A stretch of 64,000 nt of DNA, taken from the NCBI GenBank assembly GCA_965240325.2, contig OZ251237.1, positions 1,673,601-1,737,600 of the forward strand. Reading direction: 5' to 3'. The notes under the pieces are model-generated. The model was not told where the DNA came from, did not search any database, and saw nothing but the letters and a program-made list of their open reading frames with translations. Made by a program: the position numbers and the translations under genes. Shown in pieces: positions 43,123 through 55,364 of this stretch; the stretch's first letter is position 1, and each line of letters starts with the position of its first letter. The stretch comes from Rebecca billardiae RCC1528. Taxonomy: Eukaryota; Protista; Haptophyta.

Positions 43123-44563
43123 ATGTCACGCGCGCGCGTGTACGCCGACGTGAACACCGAGCGCCCAAAGGAGTACTGGGACTACGAGTCGCTCTCCGTG
43201 CAGTGGGGGTGCGCGCGCGGCCGGCGGCCATGGCGGCGCGCGGCCCGCCGCGCGCCTCCTTTGCGCGCGCGCGCGCGCGCCGCGGCCGACGCGCGCGCCC
43301 TCCGCCGCCGCCGCCGCGCGCGCTCGCGCCGCGCCGCGCCTCGCGCCGCGCCGCGCGCCGCGCCTCCGTGCGAGCAGCGAGCAGGACGACTACGAGGTCG
43401 TGCGCAAGGTGGGGCGCGGCAAGTACTCGGAGGTCTTCGAGGGCGTGTGCGTGCGCACGGGCGCCAAGTGCGTCGTGAAGATCCTCAAGCCGGTGAAGAA
43501 GAAGAAGATCAAGCGCGAGATCAAGATCCTGCAGAACCTGCGCGGCGGCACCAACATCATCACGCTCCTCGACGTCGTGCGCGACCCGCAGTCGAAGACG
43601 CCGTCGCTCATCTTTGAGCACGTGAACAACACGGACTTCAAGACGCTCTACCCCGCGCTGAAGGAGCCGGAGGTGCGGTACTACATCTTCGAGCTGCTCA
43701 AGGCGCTCGACTTCTGCCACTCCAACGGCATCATGCACCGCGACGTCAAGCCGCACAACGTGATGATCGACCACGAGAAGAAGCAGCTGCGGCTGATCGA
43801 CTGGGGCCTGGCCGAGTTCTACCACCCCAACCGCGAGTACAACGTGCGCGTGGCCTCGCGCTACTTCAAGGGGCCCGAGCTGCTCGTGGACCTGCAGGAC
43901 TACGACTACGCGCTCGACATGTGGTCGCTCGGCTGCATGTTCGCCGGCATGATCTTCCGCAAGGAGCCCTTCTTCCACGGGCACGACAACTACGACCAGC
44001 TCGTCAAGATTGCAAAGGTGCTCGGCACCAACGAGCTCTTCGACTACCTCGACAAGTACAACCTCGAGCTCGACCCGCACTTCGACGGGATCCTCGGGCG
44101 GCACGTGCGCCGGCCGTGGCAGAAGTTCATCACGCCGGAGAACCAGCACCTCGTCACGCCGGACGCGCTCGACCTGCTCGACCGGCTGCTGCGGTGCGCG
44201 CGCGGTCGCGCGCGCGCGCCGCCGGCTCGGCCGCGGCCCGCGGCTCACGCGCGCGCCGCGCGCCGCGCCGCGCCGCGCCGCGCCGCGCGCCCGCCCGCCG
44301 CCGCGCCGCGCAGGTACGACCACCAACAGCGGATCAGCGCGCGCGAGGCGATGGCGCTGCCCTACTTTGCCGCCGTCAAGAATGGGCCGGCCGGCACGGA
44401 CGACGCGTCCGCAAACCCGGCGGGCGCGCCGGCGGCAGAGGCGGGCGCGTCGAGCGAAGCGCCGCCGCCCGCGGCGGCGGCGGACGCGGCGGCGCAGCAG
44501 CCGCCGCAGGCGGCGGCGGCGAGCAGCAGTCAAGCCGCGGCCGCGCCGCCGCCGCCCGGCTGA
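43123..44563 (+). CDS. CK2A: Casein kinase II catalytic (alpha) subunit; introns 43209-43377 and 44194-44313
   Basis: [53 protein letters not shown]. Confidence 0.98.
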
Positions 44564-45185
44564 GCGCGGCCGGGCCGCGTCGTCGGGCCGCGCCGTTGGC
44601 TGGCACGGCCCGCCAGCCGGAGGCTCTGTGCGTCGGTCTGTCCGGCCGCGACTGTGACCGCGCGCCTTGCCCTTGGTCCGGGACCGCGCGCGCCCGTCGT
44701 CGGATCGTCCGCGCAGCTCTGTCTTCTGATCGTGATGGGCAGGGGCCGCGTGCTGACGATGATGGCGGCGCGTGCCGGCGGACTCTCTCGCTCGTACTCT
44801 ATTTGATGGGTGTAGGCACCCACGCACATATTGTAGCGTGTGCGCGATGTCGCCATTATAATAGTCGCGTAGTAAATACTGATTTATTATATTATTTATA
44901 ATAATATATTATATTCAAATTAAAAATTTTAACAGTAATATATATATTATTAAATATAGCGCAGGCATATATTGAAGCCCTAAGCCTAGCTGCTAACGGA
45001 GTCTCTGAGTCTAACGCGCGCAACGACGTACGCACGTGATGAGTTCATATCGATATCGCGATAATTTAATGTCTTCGCGTGACGACGATTTCTTTTTTGT
45101 AACAAGACGACAGCACAGCAGGCCGCGGGCCCGCGGCCGCTCGCGCCATCGCACAGCCATCGCAAATCTTCCCTGGCGACGCGGC

Positions 45186-46112
45186 TCATTGGGGCGGCGG
45201 CGGCGGGGCGCGCCGCCGCGCGCCGCGGCCCACCGAGCCCGGCGCCGCCTTCCGCGGCACATCCGCCGGCCTGCGCGGGCGCGTGCCCGCGAGGTCGTCG
45301 ATGAGCGGCAGCGTGAAGGCGAGCCAGTACTCGTCGCTGTGCACGTGGTGCCGCATGTGGTGCGTGCGCACGCTACACAGGTGGCCGCGCAGCGGCACCT
45401 TGGTGTGCGCGAGGTAGTGGCAGAGCTCGTACGCGAGGCCCCACGCGGTGTAGCCGAACGCGAACGCGAGCCCGCCCCTCAGCGGCAGTGCGTGCAGCAG
45501 CCCGACGCCGACGCCGAGCACGGCGCCGAGCAGGCCGCCAAACCATGCGGCCGCGAGCGGCAGCGGGTCGATGCACGCGTGGTAGTACGGCAGCTCGTGG
45601 TGCCAGCGGTGGGTGCGCTCGCCGAACCAGTCGAAGCGCGAGTGCAGCAGCTTGTCGTGGATCAGCCACTCCTGCGCCCACCACACCGGCGCGCTCGCCG
45701 CGAGCGCGAGCAGCTCGGCCGCGCCGGGCGCGCCGCCCGCCGCGAGCCGCGCGCCCGCGAGCGCGCACAGCGCGCCGCCGATGAAGCGCGGCGTGGGGTG
45801 CGCGCAGAAGGCGCGCGCCGCGTCGGCGCCGGTCTCGGGCACCGCAAAGTCCGTGCCCGCGCCGACGAGCGCGGCCGACACCTCGGGCGCCAGCTGGCGC
45901 GCGTCGACGAGCGGCGGCGCGCGCGCGTCGGCGCGGCGCGCGCGCAGCGCCGCCTCGGCGGCGCCGAGCGGCAGCGGCGCCGCCGGCGCGGCGACGAGCG
46001 GGGGCGGCTGGGCGCGTGCGGGCAGCGCCACCACCGCCGGCGCGCGCGTCGGCGTCGGCGCGAGCCGCGCGCCGCCGAGCGCGAGCGCCGCGGCGAGCGT
46101 GAGCGCGAGCAT
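45186..46112 (-). CDS. Fatty acid hydroxylase/sterol desaturase superfamily di-iron membrane enzyme, probably plastid-targeted
   Basis: His boxes EWLIHDKLLH, HRWHH, YELCHYLAH and HHMRHH; hydrophobic signal peptide followed by an Arg/Pro/Ala-rich transit-like region. Confidence 0.85.
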   Translation of the reverse strand: MLALTLAAALALGGARLAPTPTRAPAVVALPARAQPPPLVAAPAAPLPLGAAEAALRARRADARAPPLVDARQLAPEVSAALVGAGTDFAVPETGADAARAFCAHPTPRFIGGALCALAGARLAAGGAPGAAELLALAASAPVWWAQEWLIHDKLLHSRFDWFGERTHRWHHELPYYHACIDPLPLAAAWFGGLLGAVLGVGVGLLHALPLRGGLAFAFGYTAWGLAYELCHYLAHTKVPLRGHLCSVRTHHMRHHVHSDEYWLAFTLPLIDDLAGTRPRRPADVPRKAAPGSVGRGARRRAPPPPPQ

Positions 46113-46211
46113 CGTCACCGTGTCAGAGCGCGCGCGGTCCAGGCCTGCCGCTTGACATCAGTTCATACGCGCCCGGCTAATGAGCTTCGCTCGGGAGAAG
46201 GCGTGCTGTGC

Positions 46212-49200
46212 CAGGGATGCTGGATTCAATGAATCTCAATCGCCTTTCAATGTTTCATTGAATTCATTGAATTCACTGAATTCACTGAATTCAATGAATC
46301 CGAATTCAACGTTTTTCCGACTCTCCCAAATGGCACCTAAATGCAGTCTAGAGGCGCTGAATGTGACCCTAGCTACAGCGTGTCAGACTTCCTCCGAGTC
46401 GGCGGCGGCGCTGGAGACACCCTGCTCGAGGTCCTGCACCCGTGCAGCAGGGTCTCCGTGCCGGACCTCGGCGCACGCGTGCGCGCAGCAGTCAGTAACC
46501 GGGCCTTGTCGCCGGCGGCCTTTAGTGCCAAGAGCCGAGAATTCTCGCGGTCCGTTGGCGAGGCGGAGGGGCCCTGAAGAGCGCCGATCGATGGCCGAGT
46601 GCGGCGCTTGAGCCTTGATGTACTTGGCGGCATCATCCACAGCAGTCCTCAGCCACTAGCCAGCCCGCAGCTCACTGGACGCCGATGCACCGGTGACGCC
46701 CGCCAGGTCGCGCCGTTGCGGTGCTGTGGAACTTAGCCGATCCGACGAACTCCACTCTCCAGCACACAGTCCGATTCTGAGTTCTGACGAGTCTGAGTGA
46801 ATCTGCTGCTTGCTTTTTGATGATGCCGTGTATGGGGGCGGAATGGGTGACGCATGTTGTGCGCACTGCTACAGTCCATGACTCGCCGTCGGTGGCCCCG
46901 CGGTCACAGCCCCGCACGCCGCGCTCGGCGCGCACGCGGCAGCGCTGCACACACAGTATTACTAGTCACTGCTACTACTGGTCAGGAAATCATTGAATCC
47001 TGCCGCGATTCAGTGTCAATGAATTCAATGATTCATTGACACAGCGCAAGATTTCGGAAAAGATGTCGTTACGGGCCCCCCCCTGCACCCGCCCGCTCGC
47101 GGAAATTCAGCATGGCGACGCGCGGCGCGCTGAAGGGCGGGGAGCGTGCGCGCGCAGTCCCAGACTACCCCGACGAATTTCCCCGAGCGTCTCCCCATCG
47201 ATCCAAGACACCCCGCCCTGCCCACAGCTCGAGATCGGAACAGGTGCAGTTGAGGTCGCGTGCCGCGCGGGCGGCTCGGGCGCCAGTGCGCACCTTTTTT
47301 TATGGATGGCCACAGAACACCCTTCTTCCTCGGTGAGGAGGCCATGCACGGCAGCCACAGGTGCGTATGCATTCGACTGAAGCCTGATCCGCAGCCGGCT
47401 GCTGCTCCGAGCACGCACGCCGCTCGAGTTTGGAGCTGCGCGGCACTAGCACTTCTCCGAGGCGATGATGCCAGGCGTGTGGGGTCAGATCACTGCGATG
47501 GCGCGCGAGGAGGGCGGCGACTAGGCGTCGCCGCCCGGCGATAACGGCGGAAGTTGTTGCGGCCCCGCCTCTCGCGGCCCCGCCTGCAGCACTCCGCTTA
47601 CGGCGTTCGTGTCCACCGCCCAGATCGAGCCCTCAGAGCGGATGCGGCTCGACGCCTCACACGGCGGGTGCAACCTGCAGCGCCGCCCCGCATGACCCAG
47701 CTGCCCGCGCGGCAGCTGCCGAGACCACGTGCCCGCGGCTCGACCCCTCCGTGTTGACCGCCGTCGTGTCACTACCGCCGCCTGGCCGTGCCGACTGCCC
47801 GCTGCCCTCACCCTTCCACCTCCCTGCTGCCCGTGCAAGCCGGAGCTCGCCACCAGCTGCCCGCACTCGTCGACGAGACGCCGATCGCTGGCCCGGCCCA
47901 TCGCTCATCGCCCGCCACCCGCCCGCCCGCGCCGCGGCGCCCGCCGCACGGCACGCAGCTCTCGGCGGCAAGCATTGCTGCCGTGGACGGCAGCGCCGAC
48001 CTGCTCGCGATCCACGTTGCCGAACTGTCGGAGGCGAACGTGCGCAAGAGCTGCGAGCTGAGCGCCGTGCCGAGACTCGAGAAGCAGCTGCACGCGGAGC
48101 ACGCTGCAGCAGCCGAACGGACGGCGGCGGCCGCCGAGACGATGGCTGCACGTAGGGTGCTGCTCGGCGTGGCCGAGGCCAAGTGGCGCGCAGCCTCGGC
48201 CGATGCCGCCGCGAGCAAGCCTGCTCGGCAAACCGCTGCGTTCGCGCTTGCCGCTGCTGCTCGGCGTGAGGCGCGCGCGCACGTGGCCGAGCGCGCTGCC
48301 GCGCGCGAGGAAGGCGCGGAGGAGCTTGGGCGGCTCGAAGCGGACCTGGCTCCTGCGCACGAGGTGACACGTGCGGGGTGTGGGCGCGCGTCCCAGGCGC
48401 GTGCAAGCTCGAGCTCGCGCGCGAAGGACTCGGCGCCAAGCCTCCGCGCACGAGAGCGCGGCGGAGGCGGTGGCGGCGGTGCGGCGCACGAGCAGCGAGC
48501 AGCCGCGCCATCCAGTCGGACGAGCAGTGATGAAGTGCTTCAAAGCTCGGAGTCGGATTCACCGTTCACGTCGGTCACGGCCTGCCACGCAGCTGTCGGA
48601 CTGAGTCCCGGTCCCGGTCATCGTCCGGCGCTGAGTCGTGACTTGTGGCAGCAGCCGCGCCCGGCGGTGCGCGCGGTCCGAGCCCGGGCCCGCGCGGCTC
48701 ACTGTAGTAGCAGTCGCCTGACCAAGTGAGAGTCGTGTTATCGACCAGTAGGACCGTACGTCGTGAGAGTCATCGAGGAGGCTGCTGAGTCAGCTGCGCC
48801 CGACCCGCTCCGCGCCTCCGGTCAGCCTCCGCGCCCGCTGCCGCCTCCGCCGCGGGGCCGGCCGATCGTCGGGCGGTCAGCCGCGTAGTCCGCAATGAAA
48901 CTCGACGTCCAACCGGACAGATTCCCGGTAGTCCGCTGAGTAACCGGTCATCGTAGTGTGAGCCGTGCTGACTGCGTGACGCCGCGGCCGGGCCCGGGCG
49001 CGCGGGTGCCAGTAGCTATACTATAGATACTAGCTAGGCCCCGGGTGCCAGTAGCTACTGGCACCCGGGCGGTAGCTACTGGCACCCGCGCCACCGGTGA
49101 CCCGCCCTGCCGCGGCCGCGGCCGCTCGGCCATTGTGACCCGGCGGCGAGTGAGAGTCCCCGTAGTCAGCTCTCATGATGGCCTCACGCGAGGATCGCGC

Positions 49201-50599
49201 CGGTACGGACCGCTGCGACGACTGGTGGCGCGCGCCGACTTCTGTCTGTCTCGTGCAGCGAGCGAGCCGCGGCGCCGGCGGCAGCGGCGGCAGCCGTCGC
49301 GCCGCCGACTGCTGCGCTGGCTGCTGCGGCGGCGGCGGAGCTTCAACGGCGGCGAGCCGCGCGGCCCGCGCGGTCCGGGCACAGAGCGGCTGAGCTGTGA
49401 CACGGGATGCCGGACCGTCCCGCCGAGCGGCAACGGTCGTCACGGGCTGCACGTTGGGCTCGGACACGGCCGTGGTGAGGTTGACGAGCGCAAGTACGAC
49501 CTCGCCGTTGTGCATGAACTTGAGCGAGATGACCGCGCTGAACGAGCAGGCCAAGTCTGTTCGGCACGCCGCCTAGGGCTGCGCGCTCGCCGCGTGCGTC
49601 GAGGCCGAGGAAGGCTGGGTTCTCAGGAACGGTACTGCAGGCGACAGCAGTAAGCAGCTTGCCCCTGACCGGTCACGTCGCCGAGTCACGCCGCAGCCGC
49701 TCATGAATCTTGCGCACCTGCGCGACGAAGAGGGCGGCGCTGCACGCGGACATGCAGATAACGAGGAGCGCGACGTGCAACGCGTTCATCGCCGTCGCCA
49801 GAGCGCTACCAGACCCACACATCGCCTGCCATGCCGCCTCGACCGCCTCGCGCGAGCTCCACAAACAGTGCGCTTCTGCCGCGCGAGCACGCTCTGCTGT
49901 GTGATCTGGTTGGTGTACCGGTGAAAATGCATCGAGGGGCCCTTCGTATGCGGCATTAGACCTCGCACGTCCTTCTCCCCGCCCTTCTTTCACGCCAAGT
50001 GTCTGCGCGCGCGGCGATCCGCGGCGGCGGGCAGATGCGGCCACATGCAGGCGAGCAGCAGAAAGGGCGCGCGTGCATGGTGAACGCGTCAGATGCAGGA
50101 TACGTGATGCGCATTTTGGGCATCTACACTCCGATCCCGCCCATCGCCACTTATTCGCCAGACCCGCATCTCCAAGGGGCTCGGCGCTGTGCGCGCCTTC
50201 GCGCGCGCGAATGTTCAAATCATGGCCGCGCGTGCAAACGGGGTGCAGGTGGACGATGGATGCGGCGGAGCGATTCCTGCGCCGCGCCGCAAATGCGGGG
50301 AACTGTATTGCGCAGCTGAAGCGCACGCACCATCGCGGCCCAGCCAAGCCGCTCGGTCCCAGGCCGACGCCAGCTGGCGACGTTCGTCGCGCGATGGGCG
50401 ATTTCGACGACATCGCGAAGCGCTCGACCAATTCGCCTCCGGCCGTCCGCCGGCCGCGTCCAACTGCCGGCGAGGGAGCCGGGTCGGCAGTTATCGCATT
50501 TTTTTAATGGGTTCGCCGAATTAGCTTACGGTCGTGGCTGGCGGGCGATCCTGCGCTGTGGAATTTTATTTTTCATTGATTCAATGTTCGGCATCCCTG
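46212..50599. mobile_element. Non-autonomous hAT element (~865 bp of its own sequence) interrupted by a nested insertion
   Basis: TIRs CAGGGATGC..GCATCCCTG (Ac/Ds-like); perfect 8-bp TSD TGCTGTGC at 46204-46211 and 50600-50607; subterminal TTCA(A/T/C)TGAA repeats at both ends. Confidence 0.88.
47040..50560. mobile_element. 3.5-kb CACAG-ended (CMC/CACTA-like) element nested in the hAT
   Basis: TIR CACAGCGCA[A/G]GAT; 2-bp TSD GA; removing it restores the host's TTCATTGAATT subterminal repeat. Confidence 0.72.
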
Positions 50600-51404
50600 T
50601 GCTGTGCAGCAGTGCTGCAGTGGATCCCGGGAGACGTGGCAAGGGCGTGCGCCGCGGCAAAGGACCATCGGTATTTGATGGTCCTTTGGCCGCGGCGAGA
50701 TCTTCAATCTTGAGCGCTTCCGGCGCCGTTCTCGCGTCCGGCGGGTCCGGAATTCATACGATGGCGGACGGTGCCGCCCGCCCTCTCCCCCGGGCGTGCT
50801 CGGAGGCGTGCGCGGCGGTGGCGCGCGGCGGCGTGGTGGCGGCCCCGTCGATCGCCGCGTGCGTGGCGTAGCGGCGGTCCCGCGAGTTCGCGGCACGCGC
50901 CGCCGTCGCTCGCCGCTCCGAGCCGCGCGCGCGCGGTCGCGCTCGGCGCCCGACAGCGCGCGTGCGCCCCCGCGCCGAGTACGCGCCGCGCGCCGAGCGC
51001 TCGCCGAGTGAGGCGGCGCGAGCCGCGTGCGGTGGAGCCTCTGTGCTGTCTCACACTGCACGCGAGCTGAGTTGATGCTCTCGCGCCGCGTCCGCTCTCC
51101 CTCGGCCGGCGCGTTGGCTGCTGCTGAGGCTGCGGTCGCGGCCGCGCGCCGCGCCGAGCAGCGCATCGCAGCGCTTGGCGACGCGCTCGTCGCCGTGCGC
51201 CATTATGACGGGCGCGTCCCACTGCGTGCAATCGCGCTCCACCGAGGCTGCCGCGGCTGCGCCGCGCTCGAGCTGAGCGCGCGGCGCGCCCGCAGCGGGC
51301 TGCTGCTGTGGCTGGCTGCTGCCGAGCGCGGCCCGACGAGGAGCGGCCGCCCGGGAGCTGCGGGCGTGCAGCGCCACAGCTGTCCCGGCGCCTCGCCCTA
51401 GGTC

Positions 51405-54400
51405 CGAGCTGCCCCCGCCCCGGCCCCCCATCTTACTCTTCGTCAAGCCTGCGCCTGGTAGGCCGCGTAGTGAGCGGCAGGCATCAGGTCCCTCCTCATC
51501 GCGCTTGAGCGCCAGCTCTCTGCGCACAGCCGTCGTGCAGCTGGGCGCGCGCGCGCCCCGCGTCGATGGAGTGGGCGCGCCTTGCCGCGGCGGCCGAGAC
51601 GAGCACTGTCGAAGCACCGTCGAGCGCGATCATCGCGGCGGCGAGCAGCGGTCGTGGCTGGCGCAACACACCGGCCCAGCCCGCCCCCGCCCCCGCGCCC
51701 CCATCCTCCACCCGTGCGCGCGATCACGGCCGCGCCGCGCACGCCGCTCGCGCACGCGCCTCGCTTCGAGGGCGAGCGGCCGTCCCTTGCCAAGGCGCGT
51801 GGCGGTCGAGACGAGCGCACACTCTGGCGCGATCACCGCCGGCCGGGGGTGGCGGGCAGGAGTCGCGCAGCCTTTACGTCGAGCAGCCAAGCGCGTGCCC
51901 AGCGCTGCGCGCACACCTGGCGGCAGTTCACGCGTTGCTGACGGGCACCGCGCCCTGCGCGGCGTCGTGCGTGCGATTGATGGAGATGCGAGTGCATCCT
52001 CCCAGCACGCGCGCTCGACCGCTCGGCAGTGCACCCGCGCGGCCGCGCGCAGCCGGCAGCGTGGGCGTGGCAGCGCGGCCGAGCAAGGGGCTGGCGGTGC
52101 GCTCGCGCCGCCGCGATGGCCGCGCGTGGGCGCGCGTGGGGCGCTTTGAGCTGGCCGATGCGCATTCTGGGCGCGTGCCCCCACGGCGCGCGGATCCACT
52201 CGCGCACCACTGCGCCGGCGCGCGACAAGCCGCCCTCTGGCGGACGGCGGGGATGGAGCGCCGCCAGGCTGGCTTCTAGGTTCCGATCGCTGGATCGCGA
52301 CGCGCGAGTCAGCACGGCGAGTCAGCATGGCGGATGCAGTCTGCATCCCGCGGCGCCGATGGGCGCTAGCCGCATCGGACGGGGCCGCCGCGCGCCGGGG
52401 GGGTACGCACGTGCAGCGCCGTATCCGCCTCCGCGCGTCGCTCCAGCCCAAGGCTGCCCCCGCCCCCGCCCCCGCCCCCCCGTCCGGCCACTCGTCGCCT
52501 CCGGCCTGCCTCGCGCAGCGCGCAGCGCGGGCCGTTCGACAGCCGCGCGCGCCGGGCGGTCTGGGCGGGCAGGCGGCGATAGCGGGGCGTCTCTTGGTGG
52601 GCCTTGGCTGCGGCACGCGCACATCGTCTGGTCAAGCAGCCGTCACCCGCGCCCGCGCCCGCCGCCGCCGTTTGTAGTCTCAATCTGATTTTGCCGCCGC
52701 GCACGGGAGTGCTACTGCGAGCGCGGAGCGCCGCAGCCGACCCAGCGCCTCGCGCCGGTCGAAGCTGCCCCCGCCCCGGCCCCCCATCTTACCCTCCGTC
52801 AAGCCTGCGCCTGGTGGGCAGCGTAGTGAGCGGCAAGCATCAGGGCGCTCCTCATCGCGCGTGAGCGCCAGCTCATCTGCGCACGGCCGTCCCACTGCGG
52901 TGCGGCCGGGCGCGCGCGCGCCTCACGTCGAAGGAGCGGGCGCGCCTTGCCGCGGCGGCCGAGACGAGCACTGTCGAAGCACCGTCGAGCGCGATCATCG
53001 CGGCGGCGAGCAGCGGTCGTGCTGGCGCAACACGCCGGCCCAGCCCGCCCCCGCCCCCCCTTGCGCCCCCATCTTCCATCTCGTCCGAGCTGCCTCTGGT
53101 GCGCGACATCACGGCCGCGCTGCGCACGCTCGCACACGCGCCTCGCTTCGAGGGAGCGGCCGTCCCTTGCCGTGGTGCGTGGCGGTCGAGACGAGCGCAC
53201 ACTCCGGCGCCCATGATCACCGCGGGTCGGCGGTGGCGAGCAGGAGTCGCGCAGCCTTTATTTTCAACAGCCGCGCGCGCGCCGCGGCCGAGCTCTGCGC
53301 GCAGACTTGGCAGCTGTTCACATGTGGCTGGCGGGCACCACGCACTGCGCGGCGTCGTGCGTGCGAGTGGCGGAGACGCGAGTGCATCCCCCCAGCAAGC
53401 GCGCTCGGCCGCTCGGCCGTGCGCTCGCGCGGCCGCGCGCAGCCGGCAGCGTTTGCTTTCAGCGCGGGCCGAGCGAGCGGGCAGTGCGCTCGCGTCGGGG
53501 GCGGGGCGGTGCGAGCCGGAGGGGGTGCACTGAGCGCATGGTGCTGGGCGGCGCGTGGCCCCTCTCGCGCACCGCGGAGTCGCGCTGAGTCGGCGTGCGT
53601 GCGCGCCGGACAGCACGACGTCCGCCTTGAGCCCTTTGAGTCTTGACCCCGCGAACGCCGAGGCGGAACGAGGGCCGCCATGCTTGCCGAGGGCTGTTTT
53701 TTTTTGCGTGGGTCGCCGGGCGGTGCTTTTTCCCCTCGCGCTCCCGAATTCCGTCGCTTGTTCGCGAACAGCATGGCAGCCCGAGTTCTCCGCGGGGTGG
53801 GTCTCGCTTTGCAGACGGGCGCAACGGCGGGAGGTGCCGGCGGGTCAGCAACGCGCGCACGCGCGTATGCATGCTCCTCGTCCGCTACGCGCGCGTGCGC
53901 GCTCACTGCCTCGGCGCAGGCGTAGCTGCGCGCCGCGTGGCGGCTCGCGACCGCCGGGCGTCGCGGCTCGGGCCGCAGCGGCCTGGCAGGCGAGGCTCGC
54001 GCCGACGAGCAGCAGCCTGCGCACTGCTGTTTCGCGCGGGGTGCGTGCTGCGCGCTTGGACTGTCCTCTTGCCCGCGACTGCACGCACGCTCTGCGACGC
54101 GCATGCCGCTGCGCGGCGTGGCGGCTCTCCGAGGCTGCGTTGGGCGTCGGACGGCGGCGCGGCCGCGCGCCGGGGGTGACGCGCGCATGGCACCCCACTG
54201 CCGACCGAGCGCCTCGCACCGTTTGAAGCCGGCCCCGCCCCGCCCCCCCCATCTTTCTCTTCGTCCAACCTGCGCCCGGTGCGCGTAGTGGGCGGCAGCC
54301 GCTGCATCGACCAGGCCCCGCACCGCGCGTGAGCGCCGGCTCTCAGCGCACGGCCGCCCTCCGGGTGCAGTCGGACAGCCGCCTGGGGTGTGTGTGTGGG

Positions 54401-55111
54401 TTGGGTGGCGGGTCGGCGACGACAGGCGTTTGCTGGCGAGCCTTGGCTGCATCGTCCGCGTCGTCTAGCCAAGCCGCCATCGCCCGCGCCCGGGCCCTCG
54501 CGCCGCCATTTGTAGTCTCGGTTGCGGCTCGCGCACAGCCAGTGCCGAGTGCTCCGACCGTGCGGCAGCTGCTGGGCTGGCTGGCGAGGTGCGATGAGCC
54601 GCGGCGCTGCACGCTGCGGTCAAGCCGAGCGCGAGGCGTGGAGCCCGGCGGGCTGCTCGCGTGAGGGCGCACGCGACGACCGCGAGCCCGGCTCGGGCGG
54701 CGGCTGCAGCATCGAGGGTGCGTCCGCGGAGCCGTGCCGAGTGGCGCTGCCGGGTGCGCTCGCGACGCCGTGCGGCTCGGCTGGGCTCGTCGGACCTGGG
54801 CGCAGCACGCGGCGCCGCGGCCGAGATCGAGGCGTGGCGCTCCGCGGCGTGCTCGCGCGCGCCCGCACGGGCTGCCCGCGCCCCAGGCTCGACCTGTCGC
54901 GGCCGCACCGACGCTGTGTCGGCGGCAGCGCGCGCGTGGCCGGCACCGGCCGGGCGCGATGGCAGGCGATGGCAGCGCGCGGGGTGGGCCGGCCGAGCGA
55001 GCGCAGCGCGTGCTAGGTCGGCGGCGCGTGGCGCGAGCGCGTCGCGGCCGTGGCTGGCGCAACACACCAGCCAAGCCTGTCCCCGCCCCCGCGCCCCCAT
55101 CCTCCACCTAC
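51405..55111. repeat. Diverged subtelomeric tandem block repeat (~1.4-kb period, degenerate), continuing at 61060-61200
   Basis: GCTGCCCCCGCCCCGGCCCCCCATCTTAC.. block at about 51405 and 52763, degenerate near 54230; GCTGGCGCAACAC block at about 51657, 53021 and 55053. Confidence 0.8.
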
Positions 55112-55364
55112 TAGGGGGTCCATCAGATTAAATTGAGTTTTGATTTTCTTTTCTTTTCCATTCAGAACTTGTTCGGCGGGTTTTCGCGATCGGCAGATTC
55201 CAAATCCGCGCTCGGCTGGCCCCGGCGCGGGAGCGGAGCTCTGAACGGGGTCGGCGAGGCTGATGGCCCTCATCGACGGCCGTCCGCTCGCCATTGGGCG
55301 CACCCACCTCGGTGCAGGCGCCTCGTCAAGCGGCTGGGCGGCTGCGGACGGGTAGCCATGACTC

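Noticed and set aside
46330-46700. Possible hAT transposase remnant (GVSSAAADSEEV)
   Set aside because: Too weak a resemblance to the dimerisation motif to call.
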